A stretch of DNA of 64,000 nt from Anaerolineae bacterium. GTDB lineage: Bacteria > Chloroflexota > Anaerolineae > Epilineales > Epilineaceae. The position numbers were made by a program, and so were the translations under genes. How positions within the stretch are numbered: position 1 is the first letter of the stretch; every line of letters begins with the position of its first letter. Positions 49,868-59,334 of the stretch are shown in pieces. The stretch covers positions 40 to 64,039 of the forward strand of contig DAOUCP010000113.1 of assembly GCA_034432155.1 (NCBI GenBank). The letters run 5' to 3'. Under the pieces are notes generated by a model, which ran no database searches, was not told the DNA's origin, and was given only the letters and a program-made list of their open reading frames with translations.

Positions 49868-51622
49868 CTAGCCGCGGCCCAGGTAGGGAAGGACAACGGT
49901 GGCTTGACCATCCGGCGTGGTCCGGGTGGCTAGACCGGCAGTCGAAGTCGCCAACGGCGTTGCGGCCGGCGTGGCCGTTGCCGAGCCCGTGACCGCTCGG
50001 GTAGCCGTCGCCGTCGCGGTGACCGAGGGCGAGGGTCTCCCTGTTGCCGTTGGCTCGGGCGTCGGCGGCTCCCCGCTTGGCCGACGGAGCGCCCAGTAGC
50101 ACATGGCGTCCTCACCCCAGCGGCCCCAGTCGGCAATGTCCAGGAGCGTTGTCTCGCACACCAGCAAGGCCAACGGGCCGTCGGCAGTTACGTCGAGCTG
50201 GCTGTCCTCGGGTAGGCTCGCGGCGGGCCGCACAACGGCGCTGGCCCCGGCGGCGAGCGTCAGACGGTCGCTATGCAAGGCCGCACCCTCGACGGTGCGG
50301 TAGGCGAACACCGCCTCAACCGGTACGCCACCCGGATTGAGCACCGCCAACTGGGTGCGGCGCCCGCGGTCCGCAACCCGCACCCTCGGCACCGAGAATC
50401 CCTGCCCCAGATCGGCCTCGCCGAAGGCGTTGTAAGCGCTGACCGAATGGACCACCTCGCGCTCTCGAGCCTCATCCTGAACGACTGCCAGCAGCGGACC
50501 ATCCGCGGCAATGACCGCGTGGCCCTCGAAGCCACGGTTCAGCCTCGTACCGATGGGCAAGCCCGTGGGCGGGGCCAAGCCGCGGTTCAGGCGCGCCAGG
50601 TCGACGTACGTCGCTCCGCGGGGCTCGAGGCGCAAGGGCTGTTCGATCGCTGGTTCCGATGCCGACACGCCATGCGCTCGATAGGCGATGGAGGCGTTCA
50701 CCGCCTTGGTGAGGCTTGGATTGGCGATGGCGATCAGCGAGTTGCCAAGATAGTTGGCACGCACGGAGGGCAGGAGCAGCCGTGTCGAGGCTCGAGCCAC
50801 CGGCCGCGCGACGAAGGCCGACGTGCCGTCGCCAGCCATCTCATCGCCAAACGCCATCACAGCCAATGGTTTCTGGGCGGTGATGCGCGTCGCCAGGATC
50901 GACCCACCATCCCCAGCGTTGATCGGCATGTCCCCAAAGTTCAGATCGTCGAACCAGGTGTCGTACGAGATGGTTTGGCCTCCCGGAATGAACGTGCTGA
51001 ACGAAACCATTAGTTCGCCGCTCGAGTTATCGAACAGCTGCACGTCAACTTTGTTCTCTGAGGAAGACTCGTCTGTGTTCTGAAAGTAGAGAATGCTCGT
51101 GTGAGAGTACACATCCCGAACCGTGAGGGGCAGGATGAGGCTGGTGCCTGGCTCACAGGCTTCATACGCCGCGGCGGCACCGTTTGGCCATTCCGTCCGG
51201 CTCAGAAAGCCGATGTAGCCACGACTGGCGATGGTGGTGGCATAGCGGCCGCGCGGCACCTGGACCAGAGATCGCAGGGCCAGGCGGTCGGCCGTGTCCG
51301 GCCCAACCGTCGGTAGGACGGTGATGTCGTTCTCGTACGCCGGCCGGAGGCGAACTCGCAGTGCGTGCGCTGAAGGCAGCCAGTTGCGGATATCGATGGT
51401 CGAAATGCCGAAGCCCTCCATTCCTGCCAGCCGCTGGCCCGTCGCCACAGCCGTGCTACCACGGGATTGCACGATCGGCAGATAGGTGCTCTCGCCCCCG
51501 GCTGCGCCACGCCCCAGCACCCGCGGCGAGGTCCATGCCAAGCAGAAGCCCACCGTCCAGATGCCGGCCAGGCTGGCACGGACGATGAGCCGCACGCGAT
51601 GGTGAAGAGAAAGCGGTGGCAC
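49868..51622 (-). CDS. Secreted hypothetical protein with repeated beta-sandwich modules and Pro/Thr tail
   Basis: AGGAAGGAG RBS before GTG 51622; signal peptide; repeated L.LP......(T/S).L...N units; YLPIVQSR near N-terminus; VVLPYLGRG C-terminus. Confidence 0.75.
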   Translation of the reverse strand: MPPLSLHHRVRLIVRASLAGIWTVGFCLAWTSPRVLGRGAAGGESTYLPIVQSRGSTAVATGQRLAGMEGFGISTIDIRNWLPSAHALRVRLRPAYENDITVLPTVGPDTADRLALRSLVQVPRGRYATTIASRGYIGFLSRTEWPNGAAAAYEACEPGTSLILPLTVRDVYSHTSILYFQNTDESSSENKVDVQLFDNSSGELMVSFSTFIPGGQTISYDTWFDDLNFGDMPINAGDGGSILATRITAQKPLAVMAFGDEMAGDGTSAFVARPVARASTRLLLPSVRANYLGNSLIAIANPSLTKAVNASIAYRAHGVSASEPAIEQPLRLEPRGATYVDLARLNRGLAPPTGLPIGTRLNRGFEGHAVIAADGPLLAVVQDEAREREVVHSVSAYNAFGEADLGQGFSVPRVRVADRGRRTQLAVLNPGGVPVEAVFAYRTVEGAALHSDRLTLAAGASAVVRPAASLPEDSQLDVTADGPLALLVCETTLLDIADWGRWGEDAMCYWALRRPSGEPPTPEPTATGRPSPSVTATATATRAVTGSATATPAATPLATSTAGLATRTTPDGQATVVLPYLGRG

Positions 51623-51758
51623 TGGGAGCGCTCCTTCCTGTTCGCTTCCGGGAACTCGCCGAGGCGCCCCAAGATAGCCGCAAAACCGCTGGCGATCAAG
51701 AGACCGCCAGCGGCGGCAGCCCGACCGCGATCGGCTGCCCGCCGTTGACGCCGCCGCG

Positions 51759-54700
51759 CTATTGGCCACCGACCTCAAGGAGGAAGCGGTCGCGATCGGC
51801 GGACCCGGGAGGACCGGTGACCGGCAACCGCACACCGGTAGCCAGATCGTACCAGCCGATCGCCAGCCGGAGGCGGCCGTGCGGCGGATCGCCGATCGCG
51901 CCAGCGGATGGTTGCAGCACCACCGCGATGTCGAGCGGCTGGTTCAGCGGCCAGGCGCTCGTGGGCAGCGCACCATCGAATGGCTGGCCGTCGTGTTGGG
52001 CAACGAGAACTTCGCGGCCGTCCTCGCCGAGCCGCAACAGGTGTACGAACAGGGTATAGTCGCGCCGCGGCTGGGCGGTCGCCATCCAGCGCAGTGTCAC
52101 GGTGAGCGGCCGGCCGGGGCCCACAGTCCGCGTCGGCGACAGGGCGTAGCCTTGCAGGGCCAGCTCGCTGCCAAAGTGCGCACTGGCCTTGTGGTCGATC
52201 GGCGCCAGACGCTCGTGCACGACAGCGATGCTGCGCCTGAATTGGTCGGCGACGGCCGCGCCATGCGCGTCAAGGACGGGCAGCAAGCGACGCGTGGCCT
52301 CGTCGTACAGGCTGACCTGTAACCAGTAGCCGCCCGGCGTGAGGTCGGTCGGCACCGAGAGCGGCATGAGATCGTGGAACTGCTCCCCAGGGCGCCAGCC
52401 GGTCGTCGGCCGTGTCCCGTGAAGGATCGGTCGATCCTCGTTACTCCGCCGGTCAAGCCCGGGATCGAGCAACTGAATGGAGGCGCGAACGCGGTGAGTC
52501 GGCACGGCGTAGCTCTCCCAGACAAGACCGACCAGCACCCGCCGGCCGACGCAAAGGCTTTGGGGCACGGCCAGCCCGACGAGGCGGATGCCGTCGGCAA
52601 AAGTAACCGGCGCGGCGAGGCCGGGCGTGCCAACGCGGACATGAATCGGCGGTAGCACGAACGGGCGGGGGTGCACCAGAATCGACTTCGCCGCCCGCTG
52701 GGGCAACAGACGCCCGTCCTCTCGGAGCGAGAGCTGCATGGGTACCTTGTCCCCAGCCTTGCGCTCGAGCTCGTGGGGCACGCGAAACGTGTGCCGCGTC
52801 GTCACGACTTGGCCAGCCCTGAGATTGGCGAAGGCGCAGCCCGTGTCTCGCCCGAGAGGCCCAGCGTCGACGGTCAGGGTCACTGGCCGCTCCGGCGTAG
52901 CCGACGACAGCCACCGCCAGTGCAGGGCGAGCCGCACCTCGTCCCCGGGACGCACCGATGGCGGCGCCTCGAAGCCCAACAGGCGCGCACGGCCCGGCCA
53001 CACGGCCTGCACGGGCCGCGCGCGGCGCACGGAACTCTCGTCGGCGGATGCGATGCCGGCCGCCGAGTCGCGCAGGGTGTCCTCGGCCTGCCCAGCGCCG
53101 GGCCCGCCGAGCGCTACCGCCAGACCCTGGGGCACTCTGCCGACCGCGTCGAACGGTCGGCTGGAGACCTCGACAAGCGGGCCGATCGACCGTGTGTAGA
53201 AACCGTCTGCCGGGTCGGGCTCGACACCCCACAGGTAGACCGGACCCCCGCTGGCCGGCAGACCGTCCAGGATGCGCCGCGCCGAGGGGGTGTCGGCGTA
53301 CATGATCCGCACGTCCGGCCGCCGGCCCTCGATGAGCTGCGGATACAGAAGCGCCGAGCCCAGCTGCGGCTCCACGACGATCGAGGCGCCAGCGGGTAGG
53401 CCAGCGTCCAGGATCCTCCGGCCCAACGCGGCCGGCGGCCAGCCCTGGCTGCGATCGCACGCCGGTCCGTTGTTCCACAGCTGGCACACGGGCAGCAGCA
53501 ACGCCAACGTCCAGTAGACCGCCGGCAGGCAGTGTCGCGGGGCGGTGTCGGGCGCCAGCCTGGCGCTGCCGGCGGCGGCTTGGTATCCTGCGGCACCCAG
53601 CGACAGCGCCGTCCGCGCCCTGCGGAGCGACCCGCCGAGCCGGTCTTCCACCGCGGCCATGCCGGCCGCGACCCACACACCGACGATGAGATGCGAGGGC
53701 AGCAGGGTCACCCATCCGTCCCACGCGTTGTAACCCGCGCGAAACGTCACATGAAGCAACCATACCATGCCCAGCCACATCGCCCACTGCGTGCGCCTGG
53801 CCAGAAGCCACACCCAGCCGAGGGCGGCTAGCAGCAGGAACGGCGCGCCGAACTGCGACGTGAGCTCGTACCGAAGGAGCACGAGTAGCCGGGTCGGATC
53901 CTCGAGCGGCCAGGTGGGGCGAAAGAGGCCCGTGTACGGGCTGGCCGTCGCATAGCCCAGCACGTCGGCCACCCGAGCCGGCCGCCCGCTTACCGCCGGC
54001 CAGCGCGCGAAGAGGTAGAGGGTCGGCGCCAAGCCCGCGAGAAGCGCCATCGCCGGCCCCACCAGGCGGCGGGGGCTAACGAGCAACCTCGGCTCGTTGA
54101 CGAGAACGGCCCCGGCCAGGGCGGGCGCGAGAAACACAATCGTGGCGTGGTGCGTCAAACCCAGGCCGAAGGCAAACACCGCAGCGAGCAGCCACCTCGT
54201 AGCGCCCCTGCCGGATGCGCCCGACCTCACGGCAGAGGCCCACCGCATCGCGCCCAAGAGCACGACCGCCACCAGCAGCACGTGCGTTGCATACACCTCC
54301 GTGATGACGGCAAGCGACCAGAAGGCGGGCGTGAAGGCCAAGGTGAGTGCCGCGGCCAGCCCGGCAGACGTCTTGCCCGTCAGGTGGGCGCCGATGAGGG
54401 CCGTTACGCCCACGGCCACGGCTGCGGAACACGCCGACAGGAGGTTCATGCGATAAGCGATGTCACGCACCGGTAGGAGCGTGAATAGCTTGCCGAGCAT
54501 CGTGTAGAGCGGATAGCCGGGTGGATGGGCGAGCGTGAGCTTGTGGGCGACGACTTGGAACTCCAAGCTGTCCGCCACGTCGGTGGTCGGCGACAAGGTG
54601 CGCAGATAGATAGCGAGCACGACGAGGGCCGAAGTCACGGCGATCGGCGTCGCCCCATGCCTGAGCCGCCGCCGATCCATCCACAGAGCGAGCACCCCAA

Positions 54701-54827
54701 GCAGCGACACGCTTAGAATTGCCGCTCCCAGCCACGGTCGCACCTCCGGCTGTCTCGCATAGTGAAGGTTTAGCAGCAGCGGGACCAGCAAGCAGACGGA
54801 CCTCGGCACGGCTCGCCGGGCGGTCAC
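51759..54827 (-). CDS. DUF2723 (TMEM260-like) GT-C membrane glycosyltransferase with extracytoplasmic C-terminal beta domains; start approximate
   Basis: DSLEF...AHPPGYPLY..LGKLF..NLLSA..A.ITEVY..H..GL.HH; many TM helices; C-terminal GYAL..L.W..DYTLFVHL..DGQP..PTSAW..G.YD. Confidence 0.88.
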   Translation of the reverse strand: MTARRAVPRSVCLLVPLLLNLHYARQPEVRPWLGAAILSVSLLGVLALWMDRRRLRHGATPIAVTSALVVLAIYLRTLSPTTDVADSLEFQVVAHKLTLAHPPGYPLYTMLGKLFTLLPVRDIAYRMNLLSACSAAVAVGVTALIGAHLTGKTSAGLAAALTLAFTPAFWSLAVITEVYATHVLLVAVVLLGAMRWASAVRSGASGRGATRWLLAAVFAFGLGLTHHATIVFLAPALAGAVLVNEPRLLVSPRRLVGPAMALLAGLAPTLYLFARWPAVSGRPARVADVLGYATASPYTGLFRPTWPLEDPTRLLVLLRYELTSQFGAPFLLLAALGWVWLLARRTQWAMWLGMVWLLHVTFRAGYNAWDGWVTLLPSHLIVGVWVAAGMAAVEDRLGGSLRRARTALSLGAAGYQAAAGSARLAPDTAPRHCLPAVYWTLALLLPVCQLWNNGPACDRSQGWPPAALGRRILDAGLPAGASIVVEPQLGSALLYPQLIEGRRPDVRIMYADTPSARRILDGLPASGGPVYLWGVEPDPADGFYTRSIGPLVEVSSRPFDAVGRVPQGLAVALGGPGAGQAEDTLRDSAAGIASADESSVRRARPVQAVWPGRARLLGFEAPPSVRPGDEVRLALHWRWLSSATPERPVTLTVDAGPLGRDTGCAFANLRAGQVVTTRHTFRVPHELERKAGDKVPMQLSLREDGRLLPQRAAKSILVHPRPFVLPPIHVRVGTPGLAAPVTFADGIRLVGLAVPQSLCVGRRVLVGLVWESYAVPTHRVRASIQLLDPGLDRRSNEDRPILHGTRPTTGWRPGEQFHDLMPLSVPTDLTPGGYWLQVSLYDEATRRLLPVLDAHGAAVADQFRRSIAVVHERLAPIDHKASAHFGSELALQGYALSPTRTVGPGRPLTVTLRWMATAQPRRDYTLFVHLLRLGEDGREVLVAQHDGQPFDGALPTSAWPLNQPLDIAVVLQPSAGAIGDPPHGRLRLAIGWYDLATGVRLPVTGPPGSADRDRFLLEVGGQ

Positions 54828-54886
54828 CGCATCGCCCGGCGCCGCTGGGCATCCGGCCTCGCCAGACGCGACTGGCCGACGGAGGC

Positions 54887-55663
54887 TCACGAGGTGGGCC
54901 GGCGCGCCAAGTGTGCTGCGTCGCCTCGCATCCTGTGCCGATGCACGCGCCATGCAGTCAGCCGGGCGACGGTGCCCAGGGCGCGCCAGATCTCCGTCCG
55001 CGAGATCTTCGAGGCTCCCCGCCGCCGCTCCTCGAAGACGATCGGCACCTCGGCGATGCTCGCGCCGAGCTGCTGGCATACGAACAGCATCTCGATCAGG
55101 AAGGCGTAGTCGCTCGAACGAAGGCGATCGAACTCGATGCGCCGCAGCAGGTCGGTGTGGTAGCACCGGAAGCCGGACGTGCAGTCGCGCGCCTCCAGCC
55201 CGGCGGCGAGGTGCGCGACCGCGTTCGCGCCGCGGCTGAGCGCCCTGCGGTGCCAGCCCCAATGCCCGATGCCGCCCCCCGGGACATAGCGGCTGCCGAT
55301 GACGACCTCGTGGTCCGCGCTCGCCGCGAGCAAGCGGGGAATGTACGCCGGATGGTGCGAGAAGTCGCCATCCATGGTGACGATACGCTCGGCCCCCAGC
55401 GCCAGGGCGCTGCGAAAGCCGGCGACGTAGGCCGTGCCGAGACCAAGCTTGCGGGGGCGAGAGACGACGTGGAGCCGGCCTAGCCGGTCGGCGAGCATCT
55501 TGGCGACGGCCGCCGTGCCGTCCGGCGAGTTATCGTCCACCACCACCAGGTGTGCGATGCCCTTCTGGCCCAGGATGGCCTCGGCGAGCGCGGGCAAGTT
55601 GTCGGCCTCGTTGTACGTAGGGACGACGACAATGGCGTGCGGCAACGGTTGGTCTCGCTCCAA
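54887..55663 (-). CDS. Polyprenol-monophosphomannose synthase (GT2, Dpm1-like); start approximate
   Basis: VPTYNEADN, VVDDNSPDGT, KLGLGTAY..GF, MDGDFSH, VIGSRY, DCTSGFR, EVPIVF.ERR.G.SK. Confidence 0.92.
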   Translation of the reverse strand: MERDQPLPHAIVVVPTYNEADNLPALAEAILGQKGIAHLVVVDDNSPDGTAAVAKMLADRLGRLHVVSRPRKLGLGTAYVAGFRSALALGAERIVTMDGDFSHHPAYIPRLLAASADHEVVIGSRYVPGGGIGHWGWHRRALSRGANAVAHLAAGLEARDCTSGFRCYHTDLLRRIEFDRLRSSDYAFLIEMLFVCQQLGASIAEVPIVFEERRRGASKISRTEIWRALGTVARLTAWRVHRHRMRGDAAHLARRPTS

Positions 55664-55749
55664 GCGCGGATCCCGCGGCGGGCCAGACCGCCGACGGCTA
55701 ACAGCGGCTATTGTAAGCGGCCCACCGTTGCGTCGCCAGCCGTCGCGCC

Positions 55750-56296
55750 GGGGCAGGGCGCCTGAGCTGCTGATCGTCGGGCCGGCATCGAGTGAGCTGA
55801 CCATCGTAAACCTGGATGCCTCGCGAGCCGTGCCTACGTCGGTGCAGCTGTTCCGAATCGGCACTGGCGATCGCGCCGCCGTCCTGCTGGAGCGGGCCAT
55901 TGCGCCGGCAGACGCGGTAACCTTGTCCCCGGCGGATTGGTCGCCAGTGGCGAGCGGGGGTTACTCGGCACGCTCCAGGTGGCCGGGCACAGGGACGTTG
56001 TAGCACACGCCGGACCGACACCGAGCACGGAGGTCATGCTGCCTGTGGTGAGCCCGCACCGCCATGGGCAGTCGTCGCTGATCGTTGTTCTCAACACGGA
56101 CCCCGACTCGCCCGCGCACGCGACGCTGTCGGTATTTGGTGCTGCCGGCGGCCCACCGGTCCAGCCATGGGAGGTTGCCCTGCCGCCGGGCTCTTCTCAC
56201 AACTTCGACCTCGCCAGCAGGCAATGGCGCTCCGCAGATTCCGACTTCGGGGGGTCCGTCCGGGTGACCTCGACGATTCCTACGCCGACCTGGTGA
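55750..56296 (+). pseudogene. Truncated, frameshifted fragment resembling the 49868-51622 secreted protein
   Basis: SELTIVNLD..V..G.YSA in one frame; TEVMLPVV...QSSLIVVLNTD...PG.S..FDL..FGGSV in another; aligns by eye with TSLILPL...TSILYFQNTD; no signal peptide. Confidence 0.5.
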
Positions 56297-56593
56297 CAGG
56301 CAGCTGGATGCGCGTCGGGTGGTCGGGCCTCCGCATTGTCGATGTGAGCATGCCGACGCACCGACAAAGATCGCCTCGCTGCCGTGCCCCGTTGTGCCCC
56401 GGAGTCTGGGCGTCGGCGGCGGCGTCCGACCAAGTACTCGCCGGAGGTGCCAAAGCTGTTGGCGCTCGAACGCGCTCCGGCGCACGCTCCGCCACCCTCC
56501 TTCGGCCATGGGGTGGTGCTCTGCGCCGGCATCGGCGTCCTCGGCGTGTTGCCATGCCGAAGGCCTCCATGCTTGCCGGCCACAGCAGTCAGC

Positions 56594-56672
56594 CAGGCGA
56601 TCGGCTGCCCGCGAGTGGCTGTGGCCCGCGACAGCCGGACAGGCGATCGGCTGCCCGCAAGTGGCTGCGGCC
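56594..56672. repeat. Two 33-bp direct repeats (caggcgatcggctgcccgc(g/a)agtggctg(t/c)ggcc), 46-bp period
   Basis: Copies start at 56594 and 56640. Confidence 0.8.
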
Positions 56673-56823
56673 GCGGCTGTTGAACGAGCTGGCCAAGGGC
56701 GCTACACTGAGCCTTGCTGCATACCCGGGGCACCGGAGACCGCACCGGAGCTGCCCGCCCCGGCCGGCGGCGCCATGGGCGAGGAAAACGGCCTGACACG
56801 CGCCATTCGCGGAGGAGGTTCGC

Positions 56824-59289
56824 ATGCACGGCCCACAGAAGGCGACTGGCCTACGCGCGCTAGGCAGGATTGTCGCGCTCTGTCTGGTATCGACGCCCCT
56901 CCTCGGCGGGTTCCCTGGCCAACGGACGGCCATCGCCGCCGCGGCGCCAGTTTGGCCGATCCCCGACTTGGTGGCCGACCTCGCGGCCCTGCTTGGCGAA
57001 CTCTACCGGCAAAGGGCAGACGCCAGCACCCCGGTCTTCTACCTGGCGCCGGAGTGGGAATCCGACAAGTGGCGCTCCAGCAAGGATCCCGACACCCTCT
57101 GGGAGTACGGCGCTCGCCCAGAGACGCGTTGCCATGAGGCCACCACCATGGCCGCCTTCGTCGACTGCACAGGGCACCGTCTGGCGCTGGCGGCCGACGT
57201 TCCGTACCGCGGCGGACTCAGTCTCTTCGATCCCACAGCCGGTTTCGCCGCCCATGCCAAGCTCATCGAACTGGCCGGCATCTGTGCACTCTACCATGCC
57301 TACGTGCGTGACCACGACGCGACCCTGGCAGGCGCTTACAGCGCTGCCGAGGCCCGCGACGCTAAGCGCTACCACGAGGCCATGATGCGCGCCTACGAGG
57401 CGCACATGCGCGACATCTTGCTCCGGATGTTCCGTGACACGCGCCATGACCCAGCCTTCCAGTTCGAGTTCACCCTGGGTGCCGGTTGGTTGGCGCTGGC
57501 CTATGTGCGGACGGTCCAGGCACTGGAGACGGTCGATGCGTGGGCCGATCCCGAGGACCGGCGCAGCGCGTTGGCTCTCGTGAATGGTCTGAACCAGCGA
57601 CTGTGGTGGGAGTGGATCTGGCCCCAGACCGAAGGTCCTCGAACGGCTGGCTTCGTGGACCTCGGCAGTGAGGCCACGCAGGCCGCCGCCGCGGCGTCCG
57701 GACCCGGCTGGGTGGGCACCGACCGCTTCCGCTCCGATGGCGGTGTGGTGTTGAGCCTGCGGCCCAGCTCGCTGGACGAAGGTCCCTACGACGGCCTCTG
57801 GGTGGATGCCGACTATGCCGCGCCTGGCGAGTGGTGGTGCTACGCTCGGTATGGCGGCTTCAGCACAAGCCTTGGCGATTGCCTGGGCCAGGCGCGCAAG
57901 GCCTCTTTGGGCGGTTCGCGCTCGCCTTTCGGCCAGTACTACGGTCAGCCCGGTACCGGCACCGCGTGCGGGTCTCGAGCCAGCAATGTAACCCCCCAAA
58001 CCTGCGGCGTGCCCAATCGTGGCTCGATCGCGCTCGACTGGGTCCAGGCCTTTCTGGGAGCCCGGCTGGGCATGTTCGTCATTCGCGAGCTGGCCCAGTC
58101 GAACGATGCCCATCTGCCGGCCGGCGCCATTGGTCTCCGGGAGCTGCCGACGGTGACCTCCCGACTTGGGTACGGCGTGGCCGGTTGGCATGGCGGCGCC
58201 AATCAGCACGACGATCTGGAGTGGCCGTGGAGTGCGGCCTTGCCGGTGGTGGCCATTCGCACCCTCTCGGCAGCCCGACACGATTTGGAGCCTCAGGATG
58301 GCCGGTTCAGCCTTGGCGAGACCGACACCTCGGCCGTCTCGGTCGCCCGTCGCGGCGACACCTGGTCGGACGATCAGCAGGAATTCCCGGGCGCCGTGGA
58401 GCGCCAGGCAGCCGGGCCCAGCCCATTCTACGGACCGGAGCTTCTGGCCTTGGTTCTCTCGGACCGCACATCCGACGGCCTGGCTGGCTCGTTCTACGAT
58501 GCCCAAACACGAGACGAACCCGACGAGTTCGACGTTTGGTTGTGGCTCCTGTTATCGAGCTTCTACCGTTGCCCGGGCGTGAGCGATCCCGCCGACGGGG
58601 CTTGTGTGGCCTTCTCCACCGCCCACTGGCCGAACCCGGCGGTCATCCGGCGGGTTCCGTTGTTCAGCCCGCCCGCTGACCCCCTGCCCGATGCACGATT
58701 CCGCAACCTCTGGCTCAACCCGGTGACCGACACGGGGCCGGTCATTGGCGAGGGCAGCATCGCCGACCGCGACATGACCTGCCGTGGCGGTGGCGGGCTA
58801 CCGTGGCAGCATGTCGCCGACTGGACGGCGCTGGCCGACTCGGGCTACCTCGTCGACGAAGCCGGCCAGGGCCCGTACGACAGCCTCATCCCGGCCTTTG
58901 GCAGCGCCTTGCGGCTGCTCGCGGCACGGTACGCCGAGGCCCCACCGGACCCGGCGCTGGCAGACGACTACGAGCGGGCGCGCAGTGACGTGCTCGCACC
59001 ATGGTACGAGGAGCTGCACCGCCAGGTGAAAGCGTTGCTCGTGCTCTACCGAGATGCGCCACCGGCGGGGTTCCGTTACCTTCCCGGGGTCGAGAACTCC
59101 ACCTGCATCGGCTTCGATCCCTATGTTCCTGGAGACCCGTCGCTCAAAATGGTGCTGAGCTGGCAAGGCGGCACCAGTTCGACGCGCGAGCGAGCGGTTG
59201 CCCACCGCGCCATAGGTTACAGTCGCGTCGTCGAGTGGTACTGGTGTTACAGCGATGACTGGCTCACCGTGGACGCAACGACCTGGTAG
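56824..59289 (+). CDS. Large secreted protein of unknown function (821 aa, Trp/Tyr/Asp-rich, paired Cys)
   Basis: GGAGGAGG RBS; signal peptide ending AAA; long ORF with strong GC3 bias; no family motif recognised. Confidence 0.85.
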   Translation: MHGPQKATGLRALGRIVALCLVSTPLLGGFPGQRTAIAAAAPVWPIPDLVADLAALLGELYRQRADASTPVFYLAPEWESDKWRSSKDPDTLWEYGARPETRCHEATTMAAFVDCTGHRLALAADVPYRGGLSLFDPTAGFAAHAKLIELAGICALYHAYVRDHDATLAGAYSAAEARDAKRYHEAMMRAYEAHMRDILLRMFRDTRHDPAFQFEFTLGAGWLALAYVRTVQALETVDAWADPEDRRSALALVNGLNQRLWWEWIWPQTEGPRTAGFVDLGSEATQAAAAASGPGWVGTDRFRSDGGVVLSLRPSSLDEGPYDGLWVDADYAAPGEWWCYARYGGFSTSLGDCLGQARKASLGGSRSPFGQYYGQPGTGTACGSRASNVTPQTCGVPNRGSIALDWVQAFLGARLGMFVIRELAQSNDAHLPAGAIGLRELPTVTSRLGYGVAGWHGGANQHDDLEWPWSAALPVVAIRTLSAARHDLEPQDGRFSLGETDTSAVSVARRGDTWSDDQQEFPGAVERQAAGPSPFYGPELLALVLSDRTSDGLAGSFYDAQTRDEPDEFDVWLWLLLSSFYRCPGVSDPADGACVAFSTAHWPNPAVIRRVPLFSPPADPLPDARFRNLWLNPVTDTGPVIGEGSIADRDMTCRGGGGLPWQHVADWTALADSGYLVDEAGQGPYDSLIPAFGSALRLLAARYAEAPPDPALADDYERARSDVLAPWYEELHRQVKALLVLYRDAPPAGFRYLPGVENSTCIGFDPYVPGDPSLKMVLSWQGGTSSTRERAVAHRAIGYSRVVEWYWCYSDDWLTVDATTW

Positions 59290-59308
59290 GCGGCGGGCCA
59301 CCGCCGCC
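59289..59308. terminator. Perfect 8-bp GC hairpin between convergent genes
   Basis: ggcggcgg-gcca-ccgccgcc; no U tract. Confidence 0.4.
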
Positions 59309-59334
59309 AGAAGGGCCGCCTCCCGAAGAAGCTG

